A DNA stretch of 37,693 nt, taken from a virus. Taxonomy: Duplodnaviria; Caudoviricetes. Positions 22,566-31,926 of the stretch are shown in pieces (position 1 is the first letter of the stretch; every line of letters begins with the position of its first letter). The notes under the pieces were generated by a model that worked only from the letters and a program-made list of their open reading frames with translations, was not told the DNA's origin and ran no database searches. The position numbers and the translations under genes are program-made. The stretch lies in the IMG/VR virus record IMGVR_UViG_3300049139_000136, positions 1 through 37,693 of that record; one strand, written 5' to 3'.

Positions 22566-25334
22566 TCACAGGGCGTAGACAACGGGCTCGGCCAGCTCGA
22601 CCGCGGCCCCCGACGCGTGCGCCTTGGCGACGCCGTTGACGCTGCGCACGACGGTCAACGTCTGGGCGGTGCCGGTGGCCGCGCTGACCGCCGAGACGGT
22701 CATGCGCTCCCCGCCGATCAGCACGTCATAGCCGGACGCGGCGGTGTCCCACAGCGGCCCTACCGGTGTCGTGATGTCCACGTTCGTCTCGGTCGAGTCG
22801 AGCGCCTCGGCGGTCACGGTGGAGTGCGGCCCGTACCGGCCGGCCACGTCGTAGGCGGCCACCTGATACGGCGACGCGGGTACGCAGTTGGCGGTGACGT
22901 ACCAACCGAACTGCTCGATCTCCTCGGCGAACCCGACCGCGAGTTGGGAGATCTGCCCGGGGGGCAGCCACTCGGGAGGGTTGTCGATCGTCAGCCGGTC
23001 GCCGACGTCGAGCCGCACCACCGCGGCCACCATGTCGTCCTCGCCGGCGGCGAGCAGCTTGCCGAGATTGACGGTCACCAGCGGGTAGCGGGTCTCATCA
23101 ACCGTGCCGAGGTGGAGACGCCATCCAGCCTGATCGGGCAGCGCCGCGTCATAGCGCGGGTTGATGTCGAGCTGCTCGTCATAGCGGCCAACCCCGTCCG
23201 GCGGGGCTTGGATGGAGAGCGGACCGGACTCCAGTACGGCGCGAGCGCTGGAGCCGTTGACCCGCGACACCGTGACGTCATTGCGGACCTGTTGGTCGTC
23301 GTCGGTGGGCTCCAGCGGCGGCGCCAGGTGGCCGCCGGCGTAGTCGAGCTCGGCCGCGGCATCCTGGTTGTAGAGGCTCTCTCGGGTGCGGTAGGCCAGC
23401 CCGAGCAGCTCGCGCGGCTCGAACAGGATCCCCCCGTCCGTGTCGGCGGCCTCCCCGATCAGGTCGAGCAGCGCCCCCGGGTACTGGGCGCCCATGACGG
23501 TGGTCTGGTCGGCGTCCCCCCGCAGCACGCACGCGACGCCCTCCTCCGCGCACAGGCGCGCGATCCGCCGGCCCGCGGTCTCGCCTATCCACGCGTTGAG
23601 CTGGTCGCGCAGCTCGAACAAGCTGGTGATCTGGGATTGCACGGACAGGTGCCCGACCGTGATGCCGTCGATCCCGCCATTGGGGGAAACCACGATGCTC
23701 GATACCCGGCCCACGGTGTGCCCGGCCGCGGTCCCGAACGTGAACGGCGCGAGGCCGAGACCAGGTTCCAGCGTGCCTATCAGCCATTCGATGTCGGCGC
23801 CTACCTGCCGCAGCTCGATCGACGCCATGAACTGCGTGCCGTCCACGTTGAACGCGAAATCCCCGGTGTCGAAGATGGTGGCGCCGCCGGAGTCGATCGC
23901 GCGTAGGCCGAGCGTGCCGCCGGTGCCGTAGTGGACTTCCCAGCGGCGCACGCTGCCCGACGTGTAGATGGTCACCAACGCCTGATTGTCGGCGTCGCCG
24001 AGCGCCGGAACCGCGCACAGCCACCGGACTTGAGTCTCGCCGGTGTCGACGTAGGCCGGCGGCCCGCCCGAGAACGCGGCGCCGGCCAGGACCGGAAGCG
24101 GCGCCGAGGAGGCGAACCCGTCGAACGCGGCCAGCTCGGGCGCGCCGGTGATGACCAGCGGCCCCGTGCCGGGGGTGGCCGCGGCCAGGCTCTTGCTGCC
24201 CGGCGCGTCCTCCATCGGCCAGTAAGCGATGACGGACAGCGCGTCGATCGTCAACGCCCGGTACATCACGCTGCCCTCGACCGCCTCGCCCTGGCCGAGC
24301 CTGCGCAGGATGCCGGAGGCCTCGGCGGGCACCCACACGTCCACGCCGGTCACGTCCCAGCGGGCAGGCCATGAGGAGATCTCGCCGACCATCCGCGGCT
24401 GGCGGTTGGTGATCTCGGCGTCGCCCTCGACATCCCACGTGACCGGAACGGGTGCCGTGTCCGCGAACGAGGCGGCGCCCGGCGTCTGCACGGTGAAATC
24501 CGGGTTAGCGACCACCGTGCCGTCGATGCCGTCGCGCAGCTCGAAGCCGTAGATACGGCCCTTCACCGGCTCGGCCACCAGGCCCACGGCGTCGCCCAGC
24601 TCGATACCCGCCACGGTGGCAGCGATCGACGTGGTACCGGTGGTCACCACCGGGTCGCCGAGCTGCTCCCATGGGCCGTCAATGGTGGGCGCGGTGTAGA
24701 ACGTCACGGTGTGCCCGCCGGCGCCGTTGTCGACGTCCAGGGTTGCGCGGATGGCCTGGCGGCCGCTCGCCGGCGCGGGCACGGGCACAGTCGATACCCG
24801 GTCCACGTCGGTGGCGGTGGTGCCGTCGCTGGAGTGCGCGAGCGCGACGTGGCCTGAGCCGCTGCCGATCAAGAACAGTGCCCAGGACCGTTGGTCTCCC
24901 GCGGCCTGGTACTTGGCGCACAGGTCCACGTGCTCACGCCAGTTGACCAGCTCCAGGTCTATCCGGATGTCAATGTCACCCGTGATGGCCATTTCCGCGG
25001 TGTTGGCGGCGTGCGCCTTGGACAGGGTGTCGCCTGGCAGGTCCAGGTAGGTGGACTGGCCGGCCACGGACACCCGTATCGGGGTGTTGCGGCCGAGCAG
25101 CCCGTAGTACGGCCCGGTGGGCTGGCGGGGGCTGTAGCGCCCATCGGTGTTGCGCAGGCTGAAAGCGGCCGAGGCGGGGTCGGCGCGGTGGCCCTCGTCT
25201 GCTCGGCCGCGGGTGATGGCCACCGCGTCGGTCTCGCGGCTGAACAGGTCGGCGGTGACGTCGACCCACTGACCGCCCAGGTAGAGCTGGGCGGTCAGGT
25301 CGAGCGGCTGAGCAGGGAACGCCATCGCGGTCAC
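22566..25334 (-). CDS. Large minor tail (baseplate/hub) protein
   Basis: 922 aa after tape measure; ITRGRADE, LRNTDGRYSP, AYWPMED motifs. Confidence 0.8.
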   Translation of the reverse strand: MTAMAFPAQPLDLTAQLYLGGQWVDVTADLFSRETDAVAITRGRADEGHRADPASAAFSLRNTDGRYSPRQPTGPYYGLLGRNTPIRVSVAGQSTYLDLPGDTLSKAHAANTAEMAITGDIDIRIDLELVNWREHVDLCAKYQAAGDQRSWALFLIGSGSGHVALAHSSDGTTATDVDRVSTVPVPAPASGRQAIRATLDVDNGAGGHTVTFYTAPTIDGPWEQLGDPVVTTGTTSIAATVAGIELGDAVGLVAEPVKGRIYGFELRDGIDGTVVANPDFTVQTPGAASFADTAPVPVTWDVEGDAEITNRQPRMVGEISSWPARWDVTGVDVWVPAEASGILRRLGQGEAVEGSVMYRALTIDALSVIAYWPMEDAPGSKSLAAATPGTGPLVITGAPELAAFDGFASSAPLPVLAGAAFSGGPPAYVDTGETQVRWLCAVPALGDADNQALVTIYTSGSVRRWEVHYGTGGTLGLRAIDSGGATIFDTGDFAFNVDGTQFMASIELRQVGADIEWLIGTLEPGLGLAPFTFGTAAGHTVGRVSSIVVSPNGGIDGITVGHLSVQSQITSLFELRDQLNAWIGETAGRRIARLCAEEGVACVLRGDADQTTVMGAQYPGALLDLIGEAADTDGGILFEPRELLGLAYRTRESLYNQDAAAELDYAGGHLAPPLEPTDDDQQVRNDVTVSRVNGSSARAVLESGPLSIQAPPDGVGRYDEQLDINPRYDAALPDQAGWRLHLGTVDETRYPLVTVNLGKLLAAGEDDMVAAVVRLDVGDRLTIDNPPEWLPPGQISQLAVGFAEEIEQFGWYVTANCVPASPYQVAAYDVAGRYGPHSTVTAEALDSTETNVDITTPVGPLWDTAASGYDVLIGGERMTVSAVSAATGTAQTLTVVRSVNGVAKAHASGAAVELAEPVVYAL

Positions 25335-27835
25335 CTCCCGAAAGCCAGCTGGACGTTGCCGCGCCCCTCGACGCGCACGACCTTGCGGATGAAGCGGATC
25401 ACCTCGGCGTCGCCGGACTCGAATCGAACGGTGATGGTGTGGGAGTCCCCGCCCGACCGCGCACCAGTACGGGCGGGCGGGGTGACCGGCCGGCCCCTGC
25501 CCCCGGATGGCAGGACCGCGCCGGCCAAGCGCTCGCCAGCAGCCCCGACGCCGGCGAGCGTGGACAGCACGCCCCCGATGAAGCCCGCGCCGGACATGAC
25601 GCCCTGCTCGGCCATCACCTGAGACGGAGACTTGATCCGCAGCGCTTTGCGGATGCGGTTGACCAGGGTCTTGGCCAGCTTGTCCATAGCTGCCTCGATC
25701 CCCTTCTGCTGGGCCATCAGCCCGGACAGGAACCCCTTTCCGGCCTGCTTGCCCGCGTCGTAGAGGGCGTCAGCGCTGACGCGGCCGAGGTCCGTGGAGC
25801 TGGAGTCGATCGCGGCCTGGGCGGCGTTGAGCGAGCCCATCATCCCGGCGTCGGCGTTGAGCAGCGCGAGGCCGAGCGCGAGACCCTCCTCTGGGCCTGC
25901 CTCGATCACCTGCCGTAGCAGGCTCTTGTGCAGTCCTCGGCCGGCGAGCTGCTTCACCACGGCGGCGTGACGCCGGATGCGCGCCAACTTGGACGCCAGC
26001 TTGGCCTGGATGCCCGAGGCGCTCGGCCCGCGCTCCCCGAAATCCATGCCGGTCAGAGAGGCGCTGTCGCGCGCCGAGCCCGCCACGCTGACGGCGAGTT
26101 TCCGCGCGTCGGCGAGACGGGTAATCAGCGCGTCTCGCTGCTTGGAAAGCGCCTTTAGTCGATCATTCTGTCTGTCCACGACGGTCAGCAAGTCGCTCGC
26201 GCGAGCCCGCGAGATGCGGCCCTTGCGCCACGCCTCAATGATCGTGTCGGACATCTTCTTAGCGGCGGCCTTGACCTCGGACAGCGAGCCGGTAAGGCCC
26301 TTGACCAGGCCCTTTGATGTCATGCGGCCGATCCACTCGAACACCCTCGACGGCGACGCGATGCCGAGCAGGGACTTGGCAGCGTTGATCGCGCCGGACA
26401 CGACGCCCTTGGCCGCGTCGACCACGGCGCCGGCCATGTTGCGTACGCCGTTGATGAGACCCTGCACCAGGTTGCGCCCGGCGGAGAGCAGCAGCGACCC
26501 GAGGTTGCCCAGCGCGGACAGGATGTTGCCGGGCAGGTTCCGGAAGAACGCGACCGCAGTCGAGACGCCCGCGCCGATCGCCGACACGGCGGACCGGAAC
26601 GCCGAGACCACCGAGTTCCAGGCAGCGGGCACGTTGGCCACGAGCCACTGCACAGCGCCGGACAGGGCGGACACGATCACCGTGGCGAGCTGGGCCACCC
26701 ACCCGATCACCGTGCCGAGGGCGGGCGCGAGCATGCCCACCAGCCACGCGACCAGCTCGCCGAGCATGACGAGCAGGGGCGACGCTGCCACGAAGATCTC
26801 GCCGAGGGCGCCGGCCAGCGTGGACACGGCAGGGATCAACGGCTGGACCGCAGGCAGTAGGGCGCCGATCACCTGCTGGGCGACCTGGCCGAACACGCCC
26901 ACGATCACCGACAGGGCGGGCACCAGGGCGCCGATCAGCGACCCGACCAGTTGGAAGATCGGCGGCAGAAGTGGAGCCAGCGCGGCCACCAGGGAGCCCA
27001 CGGCGCCGATCAGTGGCGACAGGGACGACGCGACAGACCCGAGGATCGGCCCGAGCTGCGCCATCACGGGCTGGAGACTGGCGCCGAGGGACGTCGCCAG
27101 TTGCGCCACCAGCCCGAGCAAGGGCCCGATGACAGGGGCGCCGAGCTGGATCAACCCGGACAGGAGGGGGCCGAGCGCACCGACGATCGTCCCGATAGAG
27201 CCGAACATCTGCTCAAGCTGTGGCGCGAACTTGCCGGCGGTCTCGGCCACCATGGTCAGGGTGGACGCCAGCCCCTTCATGACCGGCTTGAGCCCGGCCC
27301 CGATGGCGCTGATCAGCGGCGAGACGGCCTTGGCGATGGGCGCGAAGGAGGCGATCAACGGCTTTAGCCCGCTGACCAGCCCGGACGTCAGATCGTTGAG
27401 CGCGGGAGCCATCGCCGTGAACGCCTCGGACAGCGACGACTTGAGCGGCCCGAGCAGCGTACGGGCCTGCGTGGCGACGTTCTGCAGGACGGGCACCAGC
27501 GGTTGCGCGGCCTCGACTATCGCGGCCTTGGCGTCCTTGCCCAGGTCCTTGAAACTGGCCTGGACCTGCTTGTTCGTGGCGGCGGCGGCGATGCCGATGC
27601 CGGCGATGCCGAGGCCCACGCCGGCGATGCCGACCGACAGCCCGGCGAACGCGGCCGAGCCGACCGCGCCCAGCACGCCCATGGCCTTGGTCGCGCCGAC
27701 CGCGCTCCCGACCGTGCCCCGCCCAGCGCCGCGCAGCGTGGCACTGAACGTGCGCACCGCGAGGCCCTCCCGCGCGAGCACGCGCGACAGATTCGAGCGC
27801 GCCAGGATCGAGAACAGCAGGGAGGTATCCGACAT
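25331..27835 (-). CDS. Tape measure protein
   Basis: Ala/Gly/Leu-rich with Pro-spaced repeats; LGIASPSRVF and LRIKSPSQVM. Confidence 0.9.
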   Translation of the reverse strand: MSDTSLLFSILARSNLSRVLAREGLAVRTFSATLRGAGRGTVGSAVGATKAMGVLGAVGSAAFAGLSVGIAGVGLGIAGIGIAAAATNKQVQASFKDLGKDAKAAIVEAAQPLVPVLQNVATQARTLLGPLKSSLSEAFTAMAPALNDLTSGLVSGLKPLIASFAPIAKAVSPLISAIGAGLKPVMKGLASTLTMVAETAGKFAPQLEQMFGSIGTIVGALGPLLSGLIQLGAPVIGPLLGLVAQLATSLGASLQPVMAQLGPILGSVASSLSPLIGAVGSLVAALAPLLPPIFQLVGSLIGALVPALSVIVGVFGQVAQQVIGALLPAVQPLIPAVSTLAGALGEIFVAASPLLVMLGELVAWLVGMLAPALGTVIGWVAQLATVIVSALSGAVQWLVANVPAAWNSVVSAFRSAVSAIGAGVSTAVAFFRNLPGNILSALGNLGSLLLSAGRNLVQGLINGVRNMAGAVVDAAKGVVSGAINAAKSLLGIASPSRVFEWIGRMTSKGLVKGLTGSLSEVKAAAKKMSDTIIEAWRKGRISRARASDLLTVVDRQNDRLKALSKQRDALITRLADARKLAVSVAGSARDSASLTGMDFGERGPSASGIQAKLASKLARIRRHAAVVKQLAGRGLHKSLLRQVIEAGPEEGLALGLALLNADAGMMGSLNAAQAAIDSSSTDLGRVSADALYDAGKQAGKGFLSGLMAQQKGIEAAMDKLAKTLVNRIRKALRIKSPSQVMAEQGVMSGAGFIGGVLSTLAGVGAAGERLAGAVLPSGGRGRPVTPPARTGARSGGDSHTITVRFESGDAEVIRFIRKVVRVEGRGNVQLAFGR

Positions 27836-27853
27836 GGAGTCACCCCCCTGTGT

Positions 27854-28021
27854 TCACTTGTTCGCCTGCTCGGCCTGCCGGTGGAGCTCGTCGATGTAGT
27901 CGCACGCGGAGATCAGCTCAGCCGCGGTGAGCATCTCCCGCTGTTCCCAGGGCCTTACGCCGAGGACTTCTGAGATCGCCCACTGGTAGCGTTCGCGCCG
28001 CTCTTGGAGAGCGCTTTTCCC
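27854..28021 (-). CDS. -1 frameshift extension of tail assembly chaperone (gpT-like)
   Basis: GGGAAAA at 28021-28015; -1 frame reads GKSALQERRERYQWAISEVLGVRPWE...QANK to the stop at 27854. Confidence 0.8.
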   Translation of the reverse strand, partial: GKSALQERRERYQWAISEVLGVRPWEQREMLTAAELISACDYIDELHRQAEQANK

Positions 28022-28425
28022 TCGGGCTCGGCGGCCGAGTTCAGGGCGGCCTCGCGTTCGCGGGCCTCGGCCAACTCCGCGTCCATGACCGCGAGCAGCT
28101 GCGCTGTCTGCACTTCGGGCAGGCCCGCCTTGACGACGCGGTCGCGGTACTCGGTCAGCTCGGCCACCGAGTGCTGTATCTCCAGCTCGCCGGCGTAGAA
28201 GTCGGGGGTGTCCTCGTACCGCATCGTGGGGTGCGGCATGCTCATGAGATGCCAGAGCAGTACCCGGCGAGCCCGCATGTTCCCGGACTGGACGCTCTGG
28301 AGCCACACATCCCAGTTCTCGTCAGCGCGCCGCTCGATCATCTCGGCGCGGCTCGCTCGCACGCGCCGAGGGTCGAACACCCAACGCTGCTCTTCGCCGT
28401 CCTCGGGACGGTAGATAACGATCAT
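27955..28425 (-). CDS. Tail assembly chaperone (gpG-like)
   Basis: Position before tape measure; slippery site at EGK. Confidence 0.8.
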   Translation of the reverse strand: MIVIYRPEDGEEQRWVFDPRRVRASRAEMIERRADENWDVWLQSVQSGNMRARRVLLWHLMSMPHPTMRYEDTPDFYAGELEIQHSVAELTEYRDRVVKAGLPEVQTAQLLAVMDAELAEAREREAALNSAAEPEGKALSKSGANATSGRSQKSSA

Positions 28426-28441
28426 CTCTTGGTCTCCTCAC

Positions 28442-28945
28442 CTAGAACCGGATTCTGATCTTGATGCGGCGCGCGGTGGCGTCCATCGCCTCCAGCACCG
28501 ACCGCCGGAACTCGCCGCGCCGCTCTTCTAGCGGCTCGTCGAAGTAGCCCGGGTTGCCCATCTGGACCACCCACCGGTCGCTGCCGTACACGCGGTGACG
28601 CCAGCCCTTCGCGGAGTTGATCCGCTTGGGCGCGTGGGCGAAATTCCGGACCGCCGGCGTCCTGCGTGCGCGCACCCGCACACCGATGGCCTTGCCGGAG
28701 AGCTTGACCTCGGAGCGGATGCGCTTGGCGACCGCCGGCCGCAACGGCTCACCTCCCGCGGGCGGAATCCCTCCATGCACGGGCATGGCCATTACGCCGG
28801 ACTTGATCTCAGCGACCGCGGGCGCGAGCGGTTTCTTCAGCTCGCGCAGCAGATCGCGCCGCAGCTGCTTGCCGTCCTCCTCGCGCTTGAGGGCGCGGCC
28901 GAGCTCCAACAGGGCGCGCTGCTCTATGGTCAGCTCGACCGCCAC
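28442..28945 (-). CDS. Basic neck/tail completion protein (HK97 gp10-like)
   Basis: LRRDLLRELKK...GWRHRVYG...WVVQ...GYF; position in tail module. Confidence 0.6.
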   Translation of the reverse strand: MAVELTIEQRALLELGRALKREEDGKQLRRDLLRELKKPLAPAVAEIKSGVMAMPVHGGIPPAGGEPLRPAVAKRIRSEVKLSGKAIGVRVRARRTPAVRNFAHAPKRINSAKGWRHRVYGSDRWVVQMGNPGYFDEPLEERRGEFRRSVLEAMDATARRIKIRIRF

Positions 28946-28953
28946 CGCGCGCC

Positions 28954-29370
28954 CTACGCCACAGCGCGCGAGACGGCGCCCGAGGTGGGATAGGAGACCT
29001 CGGCCTCGGCCACGTCGCCGACGCTGCCCGCGATCGGCTTCCATTCCTTGATCAGGACCGCGCCCGAGTACTCGGGGTTGCTCGCGCCTACCGCGGCATT
29101 GTCCGCGCGCACCGCGAACGTCTGCGGCGTGCGGGTCAGGAACAGCGGCCACATGATCGAGTCGAGTTCGGCCGCGGCATAGTCGTTTTTGAACTGGAGC
29201 GCGAGCCCGCCCGAGGCGAGCCCGCCGAGGATCTCCTTCCAGCCGAGCGAGGCGAACGTGGTGACGTCCTTGTCCTCGACCTCGGCCGTAAGTTCGATCT
29301 TGCTGCATCGGTCGGACAGGTCGTTGCCGGCGAGCGTGAGGTGAGCTGCGAGCAGCACCATTCTGGCCAC
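28954..29370 (-). CDS. Major tail tube protein
   Basis: EDKDVTTF...GWKEILGGL...NPEYSG...GSVGDVA. Confidence 0.75.
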   Translation of the reverse strand: MARMVLLAAHLTLAGNDLSDRCSKIELTAEVEDKDVTTFASLGWKEILGGLASGGLALQFKNDYAAAELDSIMWPLFLTRTPQTFAVRADNAAVGASNPEYSGAVLIKEWKPIAGSVGDVAEAEVSYPTSGAVSRAVA

Positions 29371-29392
29371 GGCGGGCCCCTTTCAGGCAGAA

Positions 29393-29518
29393 CAGATAGA
29401 TGGAGCGGCCTTCGGCCGCGCGTCTTTCGGCCGCACCCTCGGCCGCGCTGGCGGGCGCGGTCGCGCGATGCTGAGGGCGGGTCAGGTAGAAGGTGCGGCC
29501 TTCGGCCGCGCGTCTTTC
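29393..29518. repeat. Two 36-bp direct repeats, each with a GCGGCC-TTC-GGCCGC hairpin
   Basis: 29393-29428 and 29483-29518, 3 mismatches, 24-bp identical core. Confidence 0.9.
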
Positions 29519-29552
29519 AAGGCGCGATGCGTGCCCGCGCGGGCGGGCGTGG

Positions 29553-30305
29553 TCAGGCGATGCCGAGCGAGGCCAGGAACAGGAATGACGGCGTGGTTCC
29601 GGTGATGGTCCACGAGATGCGCCACCAGGTATCAGTGACCGGCCCGGCCGCGGTGAGGGACTGTCCGCCCACGGCGTCGGCCGCGGTGAACGTGCCTCGC
29701 ACGGTGGCCGAGCCGAACGTGTCATCCGCTGAGGACTCCACCGAGGCGGTAAGGCTCGGCGTGGTGCCCGCGACGGACAGCACGTGAAGCGAGGCGAGCA
29801 GCCGTTGGCCGGCGGCCAGGGCGCCCAGCTCCAGCCCCGTACCGTCCCCATCAGCGGTGCGCGCCGTACCCGGCGGGTGCGCGACCACGCCCCGCACGGC
29901 CAGGCCCGAGCCCTTCGCCTGAGCCTCCCAGGGCGCCACCTCGCCCACGGCCTCGCCGAGCTTGTAGGAGGTGATCAGGCCCGCGCTGGAGTAGGCCAAC
30001 GCCCCATCGGCGGCCGAGAGCGGGCACACCGTCCACGGGTGTGGCGCACGGCCGGTCATGTGCTCCCATGCCGTGTCGTCGACCATGCCCGGGTCGCCTG
30101 CTTCCCATTGGCCGGACGCCGTGATGCTGGTGGAGGACAGCCCGCCGAGGATCTCCTTCCATCCGGCGTCGGGGTCGTCGTCAGCGCGGAAGCTGGTGGC
30201 GTCCTTGTCCTCGATCTCCATGGCCAGATCGACCTTGTTCGATCTGGCGGTCAGATCGGCGCCGGCCGCGAAAATGCGGGTGTTGAGCAGGACGGTTTTG
30301 GCCAC
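29553..30305 (-). CDS. Tail tube-like paralog with extra C-terminal domain
   Basis: EDKDATSF...GWKEILGGL shared with 28954-29370. Confidence 0.7.
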   Translation of the reverse strand: MAKTVLLNTRIFAAGADLTARSNKVDLAMEIEDKDATSFRADDDPDAGWKEILGGLSSTSITASGQWEAGDPGMVDDTAWEHMTGRAPHPWTVCPLSAADGALAYSSAGLITSYKLGEAVGEVAPWEAQAKGSGLAVRGVVAHPPGTARTADGDGTGLELGALAAGQRLLASLHVLSVAGTTPSLTASVESSADDTFGSATVRGTFTAADAVGGQSLTAAGPVTDTWWRISWTITGTTPSFLFLASLGIA

Positions 30306-30309
30306 GGGG

Positions 30310-30738
30310 TCACCCCTCTCCGATGATGCGCACGATCAGTTCGGCGCCGAAAAACTGGATCTCGCCCACCTGATACATGCGGTACGCCTGAACGCGCATC
30401 AGGTGCAGGTCATCGCACAGTCCGCCCAACGCGGCCTCGCCCGGTGCGCCGCGGGCGGCCACCAGAGCGGCCTTGACGGACAGCGGGCCCGAGCCCGCCA
30501 GGTAGCGATCGAGCGCGGCCTGTCCCGCCCGGTCGTCAGCGCGGGAGACGAGCAGGCGGCACGTCACCCTGATCTCGTCCATGCCGCGGCCGAACGCCCG
30601 GTCAAAGTCCACCTCGACCTCGCCGGCGTAGAAACACGGCTCGGGCACGGCGTCGGGCACGTACCCGAAACAGTTCAGCGAAGGGATCGCCGAGCGTACG
30701 GCGTCGGCGAGCCCCTCACGGATCAGGCCCGGCTGCAC
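30310..30738 (-). CDS. Tail terminator / head-tail joining protein
   Basis: Position; IREGLADA...YVPDAV...LGG.CDDL. Confidence 0.65.
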   Translation of the reverse strand: MQPGLIREGLADAVRSAIPSLNCFGYVPDAVPEPCFYAGEVEVDFDRAFGRGMDEIRVTCRLLVSRADDRAGQAALDRYLAGSGPLSVKAALVAARGAPGEAALGGLCDDLHLMRVQAYRMYQVGEIQFFGAELIVRIIGEG

Positions 30739-30983
30739 TACCGGCCCCGCTTACTCGATCGCGGCTTGTCGACCACCTCGGCCGGCGGCGCGGGCTCGGG
30801 CTCGGCGGTCGCCGGCGGGCGAGGCACCTGGCCGCGAATCCTGGTCGGCTCGGCCGCGAACAGGTCGGGCCTCTCGACCACCAGCGGCGCCTGACTGTCC
30901 CACACGTCGCCCGTGGCGATCGGCGAGATGCCCCCCGACCAAACCACCGTGGTATCGGTGCGGGCGTAGACAACGTCACTCAT
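30738..30983 (-). CDS. Hypothetical virion-module protein
   Basis: GGAGG RBS; PLVVERPDLF. Confidence 0.6.
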   Translation of the reverse strand: MSDVVYARTDTTVVWSGGISPIATGDVWDSQAPLVVERPDLFAAEPTRIRGQVPRPPATAEPEPAPPAEVVDKPRSSKRGR

Positions 30984-30992
30984 GAGGGCCTC

Positions 30993-31583
30993 CTATGCGA
31001 TCCCGGGCAGCGTGTAGGGCTCGATCAGGGCGAGCACGTCGGGGTCCAGGCGAGGCACCCGCACCAGGCCCCATTCGGCGCTACCGGCCACGCCCTCGGG
31101 CGAGTCCTTGCGCCGGTAGAGGCGCCCGGCCTGGAGGCGCGCGGCCTGCTCGATGTCGTCGGGGATGGCAGGCCACCCCCACGCCGCAGTGACGCGCACG
31201 CGGGTGCGGCTCGTGCCCCACACGCCGGCGGCGAGCAGTAGCCCCGTGACCGGGGTTCCGTCGATCAGTGCCGTGTCCGGCCACGTCTCGTAGTCCGTGA
31301 TCGCCGTCCACGAACTGGTAGTGCCGACCTCGACCAGCAACCCAGCCGTGGCCCCGATGTCGTCGACAAGCAGCAGCTCTCCGCGGTCGTCGCACACCGT
31401 TCGCCCGTGCGGGTGCAGGACCCGCGCGCTCTCGGCGTCGTCGAGCCAGAACCGGCGGCCGGTCTGCCGGTCGATCGCCCGCGAGGCTGCCGTGATGGCC
31501 CTGCTCAGCAGGGTGTCTCTGGCGGTGTCCGTGATGCCGAGCTGGAGCTTGAGCGTGGCCAGGTCGGTGTAATCCTCGGCCAT
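30993..31583 (-). CDS. Head-tail connector (gp6-like)
   Basis: YTDLATLK..LGITD...ASRAID..TGRRF...WGWPAIPDDIEQA. Confidence 0.8.
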   Translation of the reverse strand: MAEDYTDLATLKLQLGITDTARDTLLSRAITAASRAIDRQTGRRFWLDDAESARVLHPHGRTVCDDRGELLLVDDIGATAGLLVEVGTTSSWTAITDYETWPDTALIDGTPVTGLLLAAGVWGTSRTRVRVTAAWGWPAIPDDIEQAARLQAGRLYRRKDSPEGVAGSAEWGLVRVPRLDPDVLALIEPYTLPGIA

Positions 31584-31601
31584 GACGGGCCACCTCCTCG
31601 G

Positions 31602-31847
31602 CTACGTGGTCGACTTGCCGGGCGCCCGCCGGCCGCGCGGCGCCCGCTGGGCGGTCTCCTGCTTGGTCTCCTGCTTGGCCGGCGGGCCGAGCGGCGGCGG
31701 CTCGACACCGCGGCGCCGCAGCTCGGCGTCCACCGCGGCGATGCGCTCGGCCATGCCGCGCACCACGTAGCCCTCTCGTTCGCGCAGCAGGGCGGCCACC
31801 ATGCCGTCCTCGGTCAGCGGCTCGCGCTCGATCTCTTGATCAGACAT
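31602..31847 (-). CDS. Hypothetical protein after capsid
   Basis: GGAGG RBS; ALLREREGY...AVDAELRRRG. Confidence 0.65.
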   Translation of the reverse strand: MSDQEIEREPLTEDGMVAALLREREGYVVRGMAERIAAVDAELRRRGVEPPPLGPPAKQETKQETAQRAPRGRRAPGKSTT

Positions 31848-31926
31848 CGGTCATTCCTCCCGCCCCCGGTGGTGGAGACCTCGGCCCGCCCCCAGGGGAG
31901 CCAGGCGGGCCGAGGCCGATCGGGGG

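Noticed and set aside
25977-27899. Long antisense ORFs (also 22455-23906, 3957-5342, 8035-9408)
   Set aside because: Shadow frames of real genes in high-GC DNA; no motifs or RBS
29371-29552. Hammerhead ribozyme
   Set aside because: GAAA is present but I could not find a CUGANGA core in the right arrangement
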